Source: an uncultured Planctomycetales bacterium
GTDB lineage: Bacteria; Planctomycetota; Phycisphaerae; SM23-33
Reading direction: 5' to 3'
Length of the DNA: 14,209 nt
NCBI GenBank assembly: GCA_965602635.1
Contig: CBFCZU010000105.1
Span: forward strand, 1 to 14,209
The first letter of the stretch is position 1. Each line of letters opens with the position of its first letter. The notes below the pieces were generated by a model. The model ran no database searches. It saw only the letters and a program-made list of their open reading frames with translations, and was not told the origin of the DNA. The position numbers and the translations under genes were made by a program. Positions 1-6,903 of the stretch are shown one piece after another.

Positions 1-51
1 GGCTGAACGGTATTCTTTGATGTGCGGGAAGTCATACAGGAAAGCCCAGGG

Positions 52-519
52 ATGGAATCACATCAAGCCCTGAAAAACGCTGTTGCCGAACTCGGTGCCA
101 AGCGGGTGGCCGCGGACATGAAGGTCTCGTCCTCGCTGGTGTACAAGTGGTGCCAGCCGCCGGCGGCCGACGCCTCGGTAACGGGCCTCAGCGGCGCCCG
201 GAACCCGCTGGACCGCGTCAAGGCCCTGGTGGAGATAACCGGCGACCCGGACCTGATGCAGTGGCTCAGCCGGCAGGCGGGCGGCTTCTTCGTCCGCGAC
301 CCGGAGGTCAGCGGTCGCCGCGTCGATGCGGAATATATTGCCAACACCCAGCGGATCATCGAGGATTTCTCCAAGCTGCTCCGCGTGGTCTCCCAGGCCA
401 TCGCCGACGACGGCAAGGTGGACCCGGATGAATCCCGCCGGATCAGGAAGGAATGGCAGCGACTGAAGCAGTACGGAGAGGCGTTCGCGTGTGCCTGCGA
501 GCGCGGGCTGTTCGCCTGA
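52..519 (+). CDS. Small helix-turn-helix DNA-binding regulator, phage Cro/CII-like (about 155 aa)
   Basis: The ORF is listed as 22..519, where 22 is a GTG with no SD. I prefer the ATG at 52 because AGGAAA lies about 9 nt upstream. The N-terminal segment AELGAKRVAADMKVSSSLVYKWCQ has the pattern of Cro/CII/YdaS-type HTH proteins (lambda CII has GVDKSQISRWK). The C-terminal half is helical and charged. Composition and codon usage are normal, unlike the overlapping R/G/P-rich shadow ORFs. No family-level hit can be confirmed without a search. Confidence 0.5.
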   Translation: MESHQALKNAVAELGAKRVAADMKVSSSLVYKWCQPPAADASVTGLSGARNPLDRVKALVEITGDPDLMQWLSRQAGGFFVRDPEVSGRRVDAEYIANTQRIIEDFSKLLRVVSQAIADDGKVDPDESRRIRKEWQRLKQYGEAFACACERGLFA

Positions 520-553
520 GCGCGGCACGCGCGGCAAATTGAGGAGCACCGCC

Positions 554-1228
554 ATGACAGAGTGGTGGCAAGAGCTGACGGCTGTGGCCCAGTGGTTCTA
601 CGGCGCGGCTGTGTTCTTCAGCGTGTTCTTCCTGTGGCAGTTCATCTCCTCCCTGATAGGCCTCAGCGGCGGCGAGGACATTGACGTGGACGCCGGGGAC
701 ATGGACGCGGACGTGGACATTGACGTGGACGCGGACGTGGACGTGGACGGGGACATGGAGGCGGCCTCGGCCGGGGACGCCGCCGAGAGCATGGCCGCCT
801 TCCGGCTGCTGTCGATCCGGGCCATCCTGGCGTTCTTCACCATGTTCGCCTGGGCCGGGGCGCTGTACCTCGACGTCGGCGTTGGGACGAACTGGGCGAT
901 CGGCTACGCCACCCTGTGGGGCCTGGGCGGCTTTCTGACCGTGGCGGTCGTGGTGAACATGATGCGCCGGTTGGCTGAGACCGGCACCGCCCGGCTAGCG
1001 ACCAGCGTGGGGACGACCGGGACGGTTTACCTGAACGTCCCCGCCGGCGGCGAAGGCGAGGCGCGGGTAACCGTCAGCGGGAGCATCCGCTACGTCAAGG
1101 CCCGCGGCGTCGGCGGGCGGGAAATCCAGGCCGGAACGCCCATCCGCGTCGTCCGTTCGCTGGGCACGAACATCATCGAGATCGAACCGATCAACGAGAC
1201 ACAGTCCGAAAGGGGCAATGCGAAATGA
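554..1228 (+). CDS. NfeD/YqiJ-like membrane protein: N-terminal transmembrane helices plus a C-terminal OB-fold NfeD domain, partner of flotillin
   Basis: ATG at 554 is preceded by GAGGAG (541-546). There are three hydrophobic helices: AVAQWFYGAAVFFSVFFLWQFISSLIGL, LLSIRAILAFFTMFAWAGALYL and AIGYATLWGLGGFLTVAVVVNMM. The C-terminal segment TGTVYLNVPAGGEGEARVTVSGSIRYVKARGVGGREIQAGTPIRVVRSLGTNIIEIEP is a typical NfeD OB-fold beta barrel. The gene sits immediately upstream of, and overlaps, a flotillin gene, which is the canonical yqiJ-yqiK / nfeD-floT arrangement. The upstream in-frame extension from 491 lacks an RBS and is probably not translated. Confidence 0.75.
   Translation: MTEWWQELTAVAQWFYGAAVFFSVFFLWQFISSLIGLSGGEDIDVDAGDMDADVDIDVDADVDVDGDMEAASAGDAAESMAAFRLLSIRAILAFFTMFAWAGALYLDVGVGTNWAIGYATLWGLGGFLTVAVVVNMMRRLAETGTARLATSVGTTGTVYLNVPAGGEGEARVTVSGSIRYVKARGVGGREIQAGTPIRVVRSLGTNIIEIEPINETQSERGNAK
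677..757 (+). repeat. In-frame tandem codon repeat (GAC-RTK-GAC units) encoding the acidic tract DIDVDAGDMDADVDIDVDADVDVDGDM in the NfeD-like protein
   Basis: The sequence gacattgacgtggacgccggggacatggacgcggacgtggacattgacgtggacgcggacgtggacgtggacggggacatg was read directly. It is a 6- to 9-nt periodic repeat of GACGTGGAC-like units. It produces the poly-TW and poly-ST shadow ORFs at 681..938(+) and 598..843(-). Confidence 0.85.
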
Positions 1229-2736
1229 ACCTACTGACCCTATCGCTGCACGTGCCCGCGATGCTCGCCCAGGCCGGGGAGGATGATACCGGAATGCCGG
1301 CGCTCATCCTGGGGCTCATTCTGGCCGTCGTCGTCCTGGGCGTCATCCTCGCATTCGCGCACCGCTACAAGCGGTGCCCGTCCAACAAGATCCTCGTCAT
1401 CTACGGCAAGACCGGCAGCGGGGCAGCACGCTGCGTCCACGGCGGGGCGGCGTTCGTCTGGCCACTGGTGCAGGCGTGCGACTTCCTGGACCTCGAGCCG
1501 TTCGTCGTGCCCATCGACCTGTCCAACGCCCTCTCGCGCGAGAACATCCGCGTGGCCGTGCCCACGACGGTCACCGCGGCCGTATCAAACCTGCCCGGGG
1601 TTATGGACAACGCCGCCGTCCGATTGCTGGGGCTCACCGAGCAGGAGATTCGCACCCAGGCGCAGGACATCATCCTCGGGCAGATGCGTGCGGTGATCGC
1701 CACCATGGGGATCGAGGAGATCAACCGCGACCGTCAGGCCTTCATGGCGAAGGTCAACGACGCGGTCTCGACGGAGCTGGAGAAGATCGGGCTGGCGGTC
1801 ATCAACGTCAACATCCGCGACATCGAGGACGAATCGGGCTACATCAAGGCGCTGGGCCGGAAGGCCGCTGCCGAGGCCATCAACCAGGCCAACATCGACG
1901 TGGCGGAGCAGGAGAAGCTTGGGCAGACGGGCGTGGCGGAGCGGAAGCGTGACGAGCGTGTTGCGGTGGCGGCGGCCAACGCGACGGCACAGATCGGCGA
2001 GGCGACGGCCGACCGCGACAAGCGCCAGGAAGTGGCGGGGCTCGAGGCGCAGGCCGTCGGTAAGGAGACCGAGGCCGATGCGGAGAAGGCCGGTTTCCGC
2101 GCCAACCAGCGTGTGGCCGAGGAGCAGGCCCGCGACCGCGGTGAGTCGGCGTCGCGCGAGGCCGACGGCGCCATCCGCGTCGCCCAGGAGAACGCGCAGA
2201 AGAAGGCCGAGGAGGCCCGGGCGCTCCGCGAGCAGGCGCGGCTCAACGCCGAGGTGGTCGTCCCGGCCAACGCCGACCGCGAGAGAGTCGTCATCTCCGC
2301 CGACGCCCGCAAACAGGAGACGGTTCGCGTCGCCCAGGGCGAGGCCGAGGCCACGGTCGCCAAGATGACCGCCCAGGGCAAGGGCGTGCAGGCCATCCTG
2401 GACGGCAAGGCCGAGGGGTACGAGCGGCTGGTCGCGGCCTGCGGCGACGGCCAGGGGGCGGCGGCGCTGCTGATAATCGAGAAGCTCGCGGACATCGCCG
2501 GCATCCAGGCCCAGGCCATCCAGGACCTGCCCATCGAGAAGGTGATCGTCTGGGACGGCGGCGGGGACGGCGGCGGACTCAGCGGACTGGGGGGGCGGCT
2601 GATGGGCGCGCTGCCGCCCATGCATGAGCTGGCCAAGCAGGTCGGCCTGGACTTGCCCGAGTTCCTCGGGCGGCTCGCCAAGGAGGCCCGGGAAACGACC
2701 GGCGGCCAGGCCGGCGGGCAGGCGAAAGGCAAATAG
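1225..2736 (+). CDS. Flotillin / SPFH (band-7) family protein, YqiK/FloT-like
   Basis: The ATG at 1225 overlaps the upstream TGA (ATGA, 1225-1228), indicating translational coupling, and AAAGGGG lies upstream. An alternative start at ATG 1294 (MPALILGLIL...) has a strong GGAGG 11 nt upstream and would give a FloT-like N terminus: a TM helix followed by AHRYKRCPSNKILVIYGK. An SPFH domain follows, then a long Ala/Glu-rich coiled-coil (AEAINQANIDVAEQEKLGQTGVAERKRDERVAVAAANA...), then a Gly-rich tail (GGGDGGGLSGLGGRLMGALPP). This is the classic flotillin layout. Stop is TAG at 2734-2736. Confidence 0.85.
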   Translation: MNLLTLSLHVPAMLAQAGEDDTGMPALILGLILAVVVLGVILAFAHRYKRCPSNKILVIYGKTGSGAARCVHGGAAFVWPLVQACDFLDLEPFVVPIDLSNALSRENIRVAVPTTVTAAVSNLPGVMDNAAVRLLGLTEQEIRTQAQDIILGQMRAVIATMGIEEINRDRQAFMAKVNDAVSTELEKIGLAVINVNIRDIEDESGYIKALGRKAAAEAINQANIDVAEQEKLGQTGVAERKRDERVAVAAANATAQIGEATADRDKRQEVAGLEAQAVGKETEADAEKAGFRANQRVAEEQARDRGESASREADGAIRVAQENAQKKAEEARALREQARLNAEVVVPANADRERVVISADARKQETVRVAQGEAEATVAKMTAQGKGVQAILDGKAEGYERLVAACGDGQGAAALLIIEKLADIAGIQAQAIQDLPIEKVIVWDGGGDGGGLSGLGGRLMGALPPMHELAKQVGLDLPEFLGRLAKEARETTGGQAGGQAKGK

Positions 2737-2817
2737 AAGGCCCCGGGGCGTGCCGAGGCCGCGGTGAAGTCATATTGACCTACCGCCATTCGATTCGGCC
2801 GCGGGTGGGCCCCCGCG

Positions 2818-3468
2818 ATGAGTGAAATGAGTGACAGGAAGTCGCGCAGCAAGCCGATCCGCCTGGGAGTGCTGCTCTCGGGCGGCGGGCGGACGCTGCT
2901 GAACATGCTCGAGGGCATCAAGGCGGGCGAGCTGCCCGCCGAGGTCGCCGTTGTCATCGCCAGCCGCCAGTGCAAGGGCGTCGAGCGGGCCGCCGCCGCC
3001 GGCCTCGCCGTCCACGTCGTGCCCTATCGGGACATGCCCGACTCGGCCGCCTACTCGGCCAAGCTCGCGGGGCTGCTCGACGACGCGGCGGTCGATCTGG
3101 TCTGCCTCGCCGGGTTCCTGTCCTTCTGGGAGATCCCCGACCGCTACCTCGCCCGGGTGATGAACATCCACCCCGCCCTGCTGCCGCGCTTCGGCGGGAC
3201 GGGCATGTATGGCCACCACGTCCACGAGGCGGTCCTGGCGGCCGGGTGCAAGGTCTCAGGCTGCACCGTCCACCTCGTCAACAACGAGTACGACGCCGGG
3301 CCGATCGTCGTCCAGAAGGCGGTGCCCGTCCTCGAAGGCGACACGCCCGACACGCTCGCCGCTCGCATCTTCGAGCAGGAGTGCCTGGCCTATCCCGAGG
3401 CGATCAGCCTCTTCGCCGAAGGCAGGCTGAAGATCGAGGGAAACATCTGTCACGTCTTGCCGGCGTGA
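2818..3468 (+). CDS. purN: Phosphoribosylglycinamide formyltransferase (GAR transformylase)
   Basis: Motifs include LGVLLSGGGRTLLNML (N-terminal GAR-binding loop), NIHPALLPRFGG (folate-binding / catalytic His region), HVHEAVLAAG..GCTVHLV and EYDAGPIVVQKAVPV (catalytic Asp). At about 216 aa the size is typical of PurN. Alternative start at ATG 2827. Confidence 0.9.
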   Translation: MSEMSDRKSRSKPIRLGVLLSGGGRTLLNMLEGIKAGELPAEVAVVIASRQCKGVERAAAAGLAVHVVPYRDMPDSAAYSAKLAGLLDDAAVDLVCLAGFLSFWEIPDRYLARVMNIHPALLPRFGGTGMYGHHVHEAVLAAGCKVSGCTVHLVNNEYDAGPIVVQKAVPVLEGDTPDTLAARIFEQECLAYPEAISLFAEGRLKIEGNICHVLPA

Positions 3469-3476
3469 GGGGCCGC

Positions 3477-5393
3477 TCAGCTCGACGGCTTCTCGATGCG
3501 GATGAAGACGTTCTCCACCTCGCCGGGGCAGTCGATCTTGTAGTCGCCGCCGGCCTTCATGGTGACCGCCTTGCTGGTCGCCTTGCCGTCGAGCTTGTAG
3601 CTGTGGGTGATCTTGACCCCCGCGTCGTGCTTGACCGCGGGCAGCAGGTGGAGGCACGCGCGGACGACGTTGACCGCGGGCCGGCCGACGTATCGGACGT
3701 ACACCACCTCGGCGGGCTCGGACAGCCGAACGTCCGTGTCGTGGTTGTACCGCCAGTGATTCGCCCAGGTGGGCGCCTTGGCCCGGTAGATCTCCTTGAA
3801 GTCCTTGGGCTGATCGATCGCGTAGCCGATGGTGTTGGCGGTGTTCTTGGCGGCGGCGCGCTGGTGGGTATTGAAGGTGGCGCCGACGCTGAACCATGAG
3901 ATCTTCGTCCCCGCCGGGGCGGGCAGCTTGACGATCACCTCGCCCTTGATCCGCGTCCAGATGTTCTTGTGGTCGTACCGCTTGGGCATCGCCACGACGT
4001 GCTTCTTCAAATCGGCCGGGTTCGATACGTCCGGCAGCACCAGCATCGGCCTGGTGTTCAACCCGTAGCGGTCGTCGGCGTCGTAGCGCAGGGCGTTGGC
4101 GCCCTTCCTGAGCCGCGGCAGGGAGATCGGGGCGACCTGCACCCAGGTGTCGATGGCCATCGAGCGGATGGCGAGCTGGCCCGCCTTGCCCGCGACAGTG
4201 AGCCTCGCCAGGTAGCCGTAGGTGCCTTTGACGTGCCTGGTGACGTCGAGGCCCTTGTCGCCGGGCTTGATCCGGCCGGCGTCGGCCCACGTCAGGCCGT
4301 TGTCCGTCGATACTTCGACGCCGACGGCCACGGCCGTGTCGAGCGTGATCACCGACGCCTCGGAGTCGTCGTCGAAGTTGTCCAGGTCGTTGACCTTGGC
4401 GACGATGACGAACGGCGTGAAGACCTCGAAGACAACCCGGGCCTTGTCGGCGGTCAGCTCGAGCCCTTTCTTGCCGGCCTTGAGCCCCTCGGCCGAGGAG
4501 GCGCCCGCCGCGAAGTCGCCGCTGTCGCCGGTGAGCTTCGGGGCGTAGTGGAACAGCCCGTTGCCGTGGTTCCACTTGGTGAAGTGGCGGTGGTTGGGCT
4601 TCATGCCGATGGGCTTGGTCAGCAGCAGCTTCCGCACCCACGCCTTCTTGTTGTACTCGGGTCGGTGGTTCCATCGTCCGCCCTGCGGCTGCCACCACCG
4701 GGTGAACGTCTCGCCCGGGCGGAGCGAGTAGTCGGCCGTGTGACTGCCCTGCCACCAGCGGTACTGGTTGCCGATCTCGCTGCGGGCGTAGATGCCGGCG
4801 ACCCTGGCGGCCTTGGCCGGTGTGTTGTGGTGCGGGAAGTTAGGCTTGATCCGCCCGATCGAGTCGATCCAGAGCTGCTTGTTGGTCTTGGCCTCGGCGA
4901 GGCTGGCGATCGTGCCGTCCTGCTTGATCAGCACGCCGCGGATGTCCACGTCGATGTAGTGCCAGGCGTCGTCGTAGAAGATCTCCGTCGCGCAGTGGCT
5001 CCAGGCGTTCACGGCGAAGCTCCGCCCCTTGGTGAAGCCCATGCCGTGGTAGATGCCCTCGACCGTCGGGCCGAAGATGCCGCAGTAGCCCATGTTGTAC
5101 ACGTTGAGCATCTTCAGCGGCTCGCGCATGGTGGAGTATTCGCCGAAGATATCGGGCCCGTCGTGCACCTCGTAGAAGTGGTACAGCCCGGTCTCGTACC
5201 CGCAGAGGTACTGCCAGACGGCGATGGCCAGGGCGTTGCCGGTCTTGTCCTTCCAGGCGTGGAAGCTGCGGAAGCGTTTCAGGTCGGTGGTGTCGGCGTT
5301 GTGCTCGCTGGTCACCCGGGGGCAGTAGGCCACCTGGGCCAGCCCCACGGCCGGGAGGAACACCATCAACAAGAGGATCAGGCAGATACGCAT
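3477..5393 (-). CDS. Secreted protein with an N-terminal transglutaminase-like (papain-fold Cys-His-Asp) domain and a long beta-rich C-terminal region; function unknown
   Basis: This is the only minus-strand gene. The start (rc of 5391-5393) is preceded by AAGGAG (rc of 5401-5406) at 7-nt spacing. The signal peptide is MRICLILLLMVFLPAVGLAQ. Residues 100-150 read NMGYCGIFG...GIYHGMGFTKGRSFAVNAWSHCATEIFYDDAWHYIDVD. This matches the order and spacing of the transglutaminase-core motifs: GxCxxF, then an Arg-containing segment, then HxxxE, then W..D. The putative triad is Cys104, His133, Asp148/150, with the Cys codon at + strand 5082-5084. Composition is W/Y/H/K/N-rich, unlike the R/G/A-rich spurious ORFs on the + strand of the same region (3969..5528). 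Confidence 0.65.
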   Translation of the reverse strand: MRICLILLLMVFLPAVGLAQVAYCPRVTSEHNADTTDLKRFRSFHAWKDKTGNALAIAVWQYLCGYETGLYHFYEVHDGPDIFGEYSTMREPLKMLNVYNMGYCGIFGPTVEGIYHGMGFTKGRSFAVNAWSHCATEIFYDDAWHYIDVDIRGVLIKQDGTIASLAEAKTNKQLWIDSIGRIKPNFPHHNTPAKAARVAGIYARSEIGNQYRWWQGSHTADYSLRPGETFTRWWQPQGGRWNHRPEYNKKAWVRKLLLTKPIGMKPNHRHFTKWNHGNGLFHYAPKLTGDSGDFAAGASSAEGLKAGKKGLELTADKARVVFEVFTPFVIVAKVNDLDNFDDDSEASVITLDTAVAVGVEVSTDNGLTWADAGRIKPGDKGLDVTRHVKGTYGYLARLTVAGKAGQLAIRSMAIDTWVQVAPISLPRLRKGANALRYDADDRYGLNTRPMLVLPDVSNPADLKKHVVAMPKRYDHKNIWTRIKGEVIVKLPAPAGTKISWFSVGATFNTHQRAAAKNTANTIGYAIDQPKDFKEIYRAKAPTWANHWRYNHDTDVRLSEPAEVVYVRYVGRPAVNVVRACLHLLPAVKHDAGVKITHSYKLDGKATSKAVTMKAGGDYKIDCPGEVENVFIRIEKPSS

Positions 5394-5429
5394 CGAGAGT
5401 CTCCTTGCTGGGGCCAGGTCAACGGCTCA

Positions 5430-5459
5430 ATCCTACCGGCTCGGAGTCGGGCGAGTCAA
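5430..5459 (-). promoter_or_regulatory. Candidate sigma70-like promoter for the minus-strand secreted-protein gene (-35 TTGACT, -10 TAGGAT)
   Basis: On the minus strand, TTGACT is the rc of 5454-5459 and TAGGAT is the rc of 5430-5435, with an 18-nt spacer. The predicted TSS near 5423 leaves a leader of about 30 nt containing the AAGGAG SD. This is pattern-matched by eye in a GC-rich organism whose promoter consensus may differ. Confidence 0.2.
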
Positions 5460-5495
5460 TCGCGCCTGCGGGCGGGCCGATTTTCGGCCACCCGC

Positions 5496-5521
5496 GGCGC
5501 ATGCACCGCCGAGGCGCATGC
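5496..5521 (+). promoter_or_regulatory. Direct repeat GGCGCATGC x2 (17-bp period), each with a palindromic GCATGC core, in the divergent intergenic region; possible operator
   Basis: GGCGCATGC occurs at 5496-5504 and 5513-5521, both read directly. It lies immediately upstream of, and overlapping, the first ATG of the DRE-TIM gene, and about 100 bp upstream of the divergent gene. Confidence 0.2.
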
Positions 5522-6903
5522 CGTATAATGATGCGCGAAAGGACGGTGTCGCGGTGATCCCCACAGACGACAGCAAGTATCCTCTCCAGGACGTTGAAGA
5601 GCCGAATCTGCTGCGGGACATCTTCCCGTACGCCGAGCTGCCGCGGTTGCCGTTCGACGCCCAGGCGGTGCCTATGGCCCGGGCCGAGCAGGTCTGGGTC
5701 ACCGACACGACCTTCCGCGACGGCCAGCAGGCACGCCCGCCGTACACCCTCAAGCAGGTGGTGGACCTGTTCGCCCTGATGAGCAAGCTCGACGGGGGCA
5801 GCGGGATCATCCCCTCGGCCGAGTTCTTCCTGTACTCGCGGCGCGACCGCGAGGCCGTCGAGAAGTGCCGCGAGCTGGGGCTTGAGTTCCCGCGCGTCAC
5901 CGGCTGGATCAGGGCCGTCAAGGGCGATTTCAAGCTCGTCAAGGACATGGAGCTCGACGAGACGGGCATCCTGACCTCGTGCAGCGACTATCACATATTC
6001 CTGAAGCTCCAGAAGACCCGCAGGCAGGCCCTCGACGGCTACCTCGACATCGCCCGGGCGGCCCTGGACGCGGGCATCACGCCGCGCTGTCACTTCGAGG
6101 ACATCACGCGGGCGGACTTCTACGGCTTCGTGGTGCCGTTCGCGGCCGAGCTGATGGAGCTGCGCGAGGAGTACGGGCGGGACGTCAAAATCCGCCTGTG
6201 CGACACCATGGGCTTCGGCGTTCCCTGGGCCGAGGCCGCCCTGCCACGCTCCGTGCCCAAGCTTGTCCACGGCATGATCCACGAAGCCGGCGTGCCGGGC
6301 GAGCTGCTCGAATGGCACGGGCACAACGATTTCCACAAGGTGCTGATCAACCCGGCGACCGCCTGGCTCTACGGCTGCGCGGGGTGCAACGCCGCCCTGC
6401 TGGGCATCGGCGAGCGGACCGGCAACACCCCGCTGGGGGCGATGGTCATCGAGGCCGCCCAGCTCAACGGCGGCCACGTCGCCGGCGTCGATTACGCCGT
6501 CATCACCGAGATCGCCGAGTACTTCTCCAAGGAAATCGGCCAGGCGATACCGGCCAACTACCCGCTGGTCGGGCGCGACTTCAACGTTACCCGGGCGGGC
6601 ATTCACGCCGACGGGCTGCTCAAGAACGAGGAAATCTACAACTGCTTCGACACGGAGAAGATCCTCGGGCGAGCGGCCGGGGTCGCCATCACCGACAAGA
6701 GCGGCGCCGCCGGCATCAAGCACTGGCTCGAACGGCGGTTCAGCGTCAACGTGCCGAAGGACGACTCGCGGCTGGTCGCCATGAAGGAAAAGGTGGACGC
6801 CGAATACGAGGGAGGGCGGACCAGCACCATCTCCGAGGAGGAGATGATCGCCTGGTACGAGGAGGCGTTCGGGACTGGGCAGAGCCGACCGCCCCGCGGG
6901 TAG
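5518..6903 (+). CDS. DRE-TIM metallolyase, 2-isopropylmalate / homocitrate / citramalate (possibly Re-citrate) synthase family; exact substrate unknown
   Basis: Motifs are WVTDTTFRDGQQ (the DTTLRDGEQ-type motif with Q in place of E), LEWHGHNDFHKV (HxH-N-D metal site) and GIGERTGNTPLG (the GERAGNAxLE-type motif). It is 461 aa and lacks an obvious LeuA C-terminal regulatory domain. The start is ambiguous: ATG 5518 has no SD, and an in-frame GTG at 5554 is preceded by AAGGAC at 11 nt. A perfect TATAAT lies at 5524-5529. Confidence 0.8.
   Translation: MPYNDARKDGVAVIPTDDSKYPLQDVEEPNLLRDIFPYAELPRLPFDAQAVPMARAEQVWVTDTTFRDGQQARPPYTLKQVVDLFALMSKLDGGSGIIPSAEFFLYSRRDREAVEKCRELGLEFPRVTGWIRAVKGDFKLVKDMELDETGILTSCSDYHIFLKLQKTRRQALDGYLDIARAALDAGITPRCHFEDITRADFYGFVVPFAAELMELREEYGRDVKIRLCDTMGFGVPWAEAALPRSVPKLVHGMIHEAGVPGELLEWHGHNDFHKVLINPATAWLYGCAGCNAALLGIGERTGNTPLGAMVIEAAQLNGGHVAGVDYAVITEIAEYFSKEIGQAIPANYPLVGRDFNVTRAGIHADGLLKNEEIYNCFDTEKILGRAAGVAITDKSGAAGIKHWLERRFSVNVPKDDSRLVAMKEKVDAEYEGGRTSTISEEEMIAWYEEAFGTGQSRPPRG

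Noticed and set aside
677-757. Possible CRISPR array because of short direct repeats
   Set aside because: The unit is 6-9 nt, contiguous with no spacers, in frame and inside a coding sequence. It is not a CRISPR.
598-938. ORFs 681..938 (+) 'TWTRTWT...' and 598..843 (-) 'STSTSAS...'
   Set aside because: These are frame-shifted and reverse readings of the GACGTGGAC tandem repeat inside the NfeD-like gene, not genes.
2740-2749. Palindrome GCCCCGGGGC just after the flotillin stop, and CGCGGG-N6-CCCGCG at about 2797-2817
   Set aside because: These are very short, loop-less or G+C-trivial palindromes expected by chance at this base composition, and too weak to call as terminators.
1585-2975. Long ORFs (1585..2625 -, 1839..2975 -, 1919..2368 +) inside the flotillin gene
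   Set aside because: They arise from the GC-rich Ala/Glu-codon (GCC/GAG) coiled-coil region. The sense frame has the flotillin SPFH and EA-repeat architecture.
3256-4755. 499-aa ORF on the minus strand overlapping purN and the secreted-protein gene (also the 519-aa + strand ORF 3969..5528)
   Set aside because: The translations are dominated by R/G/P/A/D/V/L, which is typical of off-frame reading of high-GC DNA. There is no RBS or signal features. The alternative minus-strand frame 3477..5393 has a signal peptide, a strong SD and balanced composition.
5524-5529. Perfect TATAAT hexamer called as a definite -10 box
   Set aside because: It lies inside the DRE-TIM ORF if ATG 5518 is used and has no convincing -35 (ATGCAC) at 17 bp. 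It is kept only as a start-site ambiguity in findings, not as a feature.
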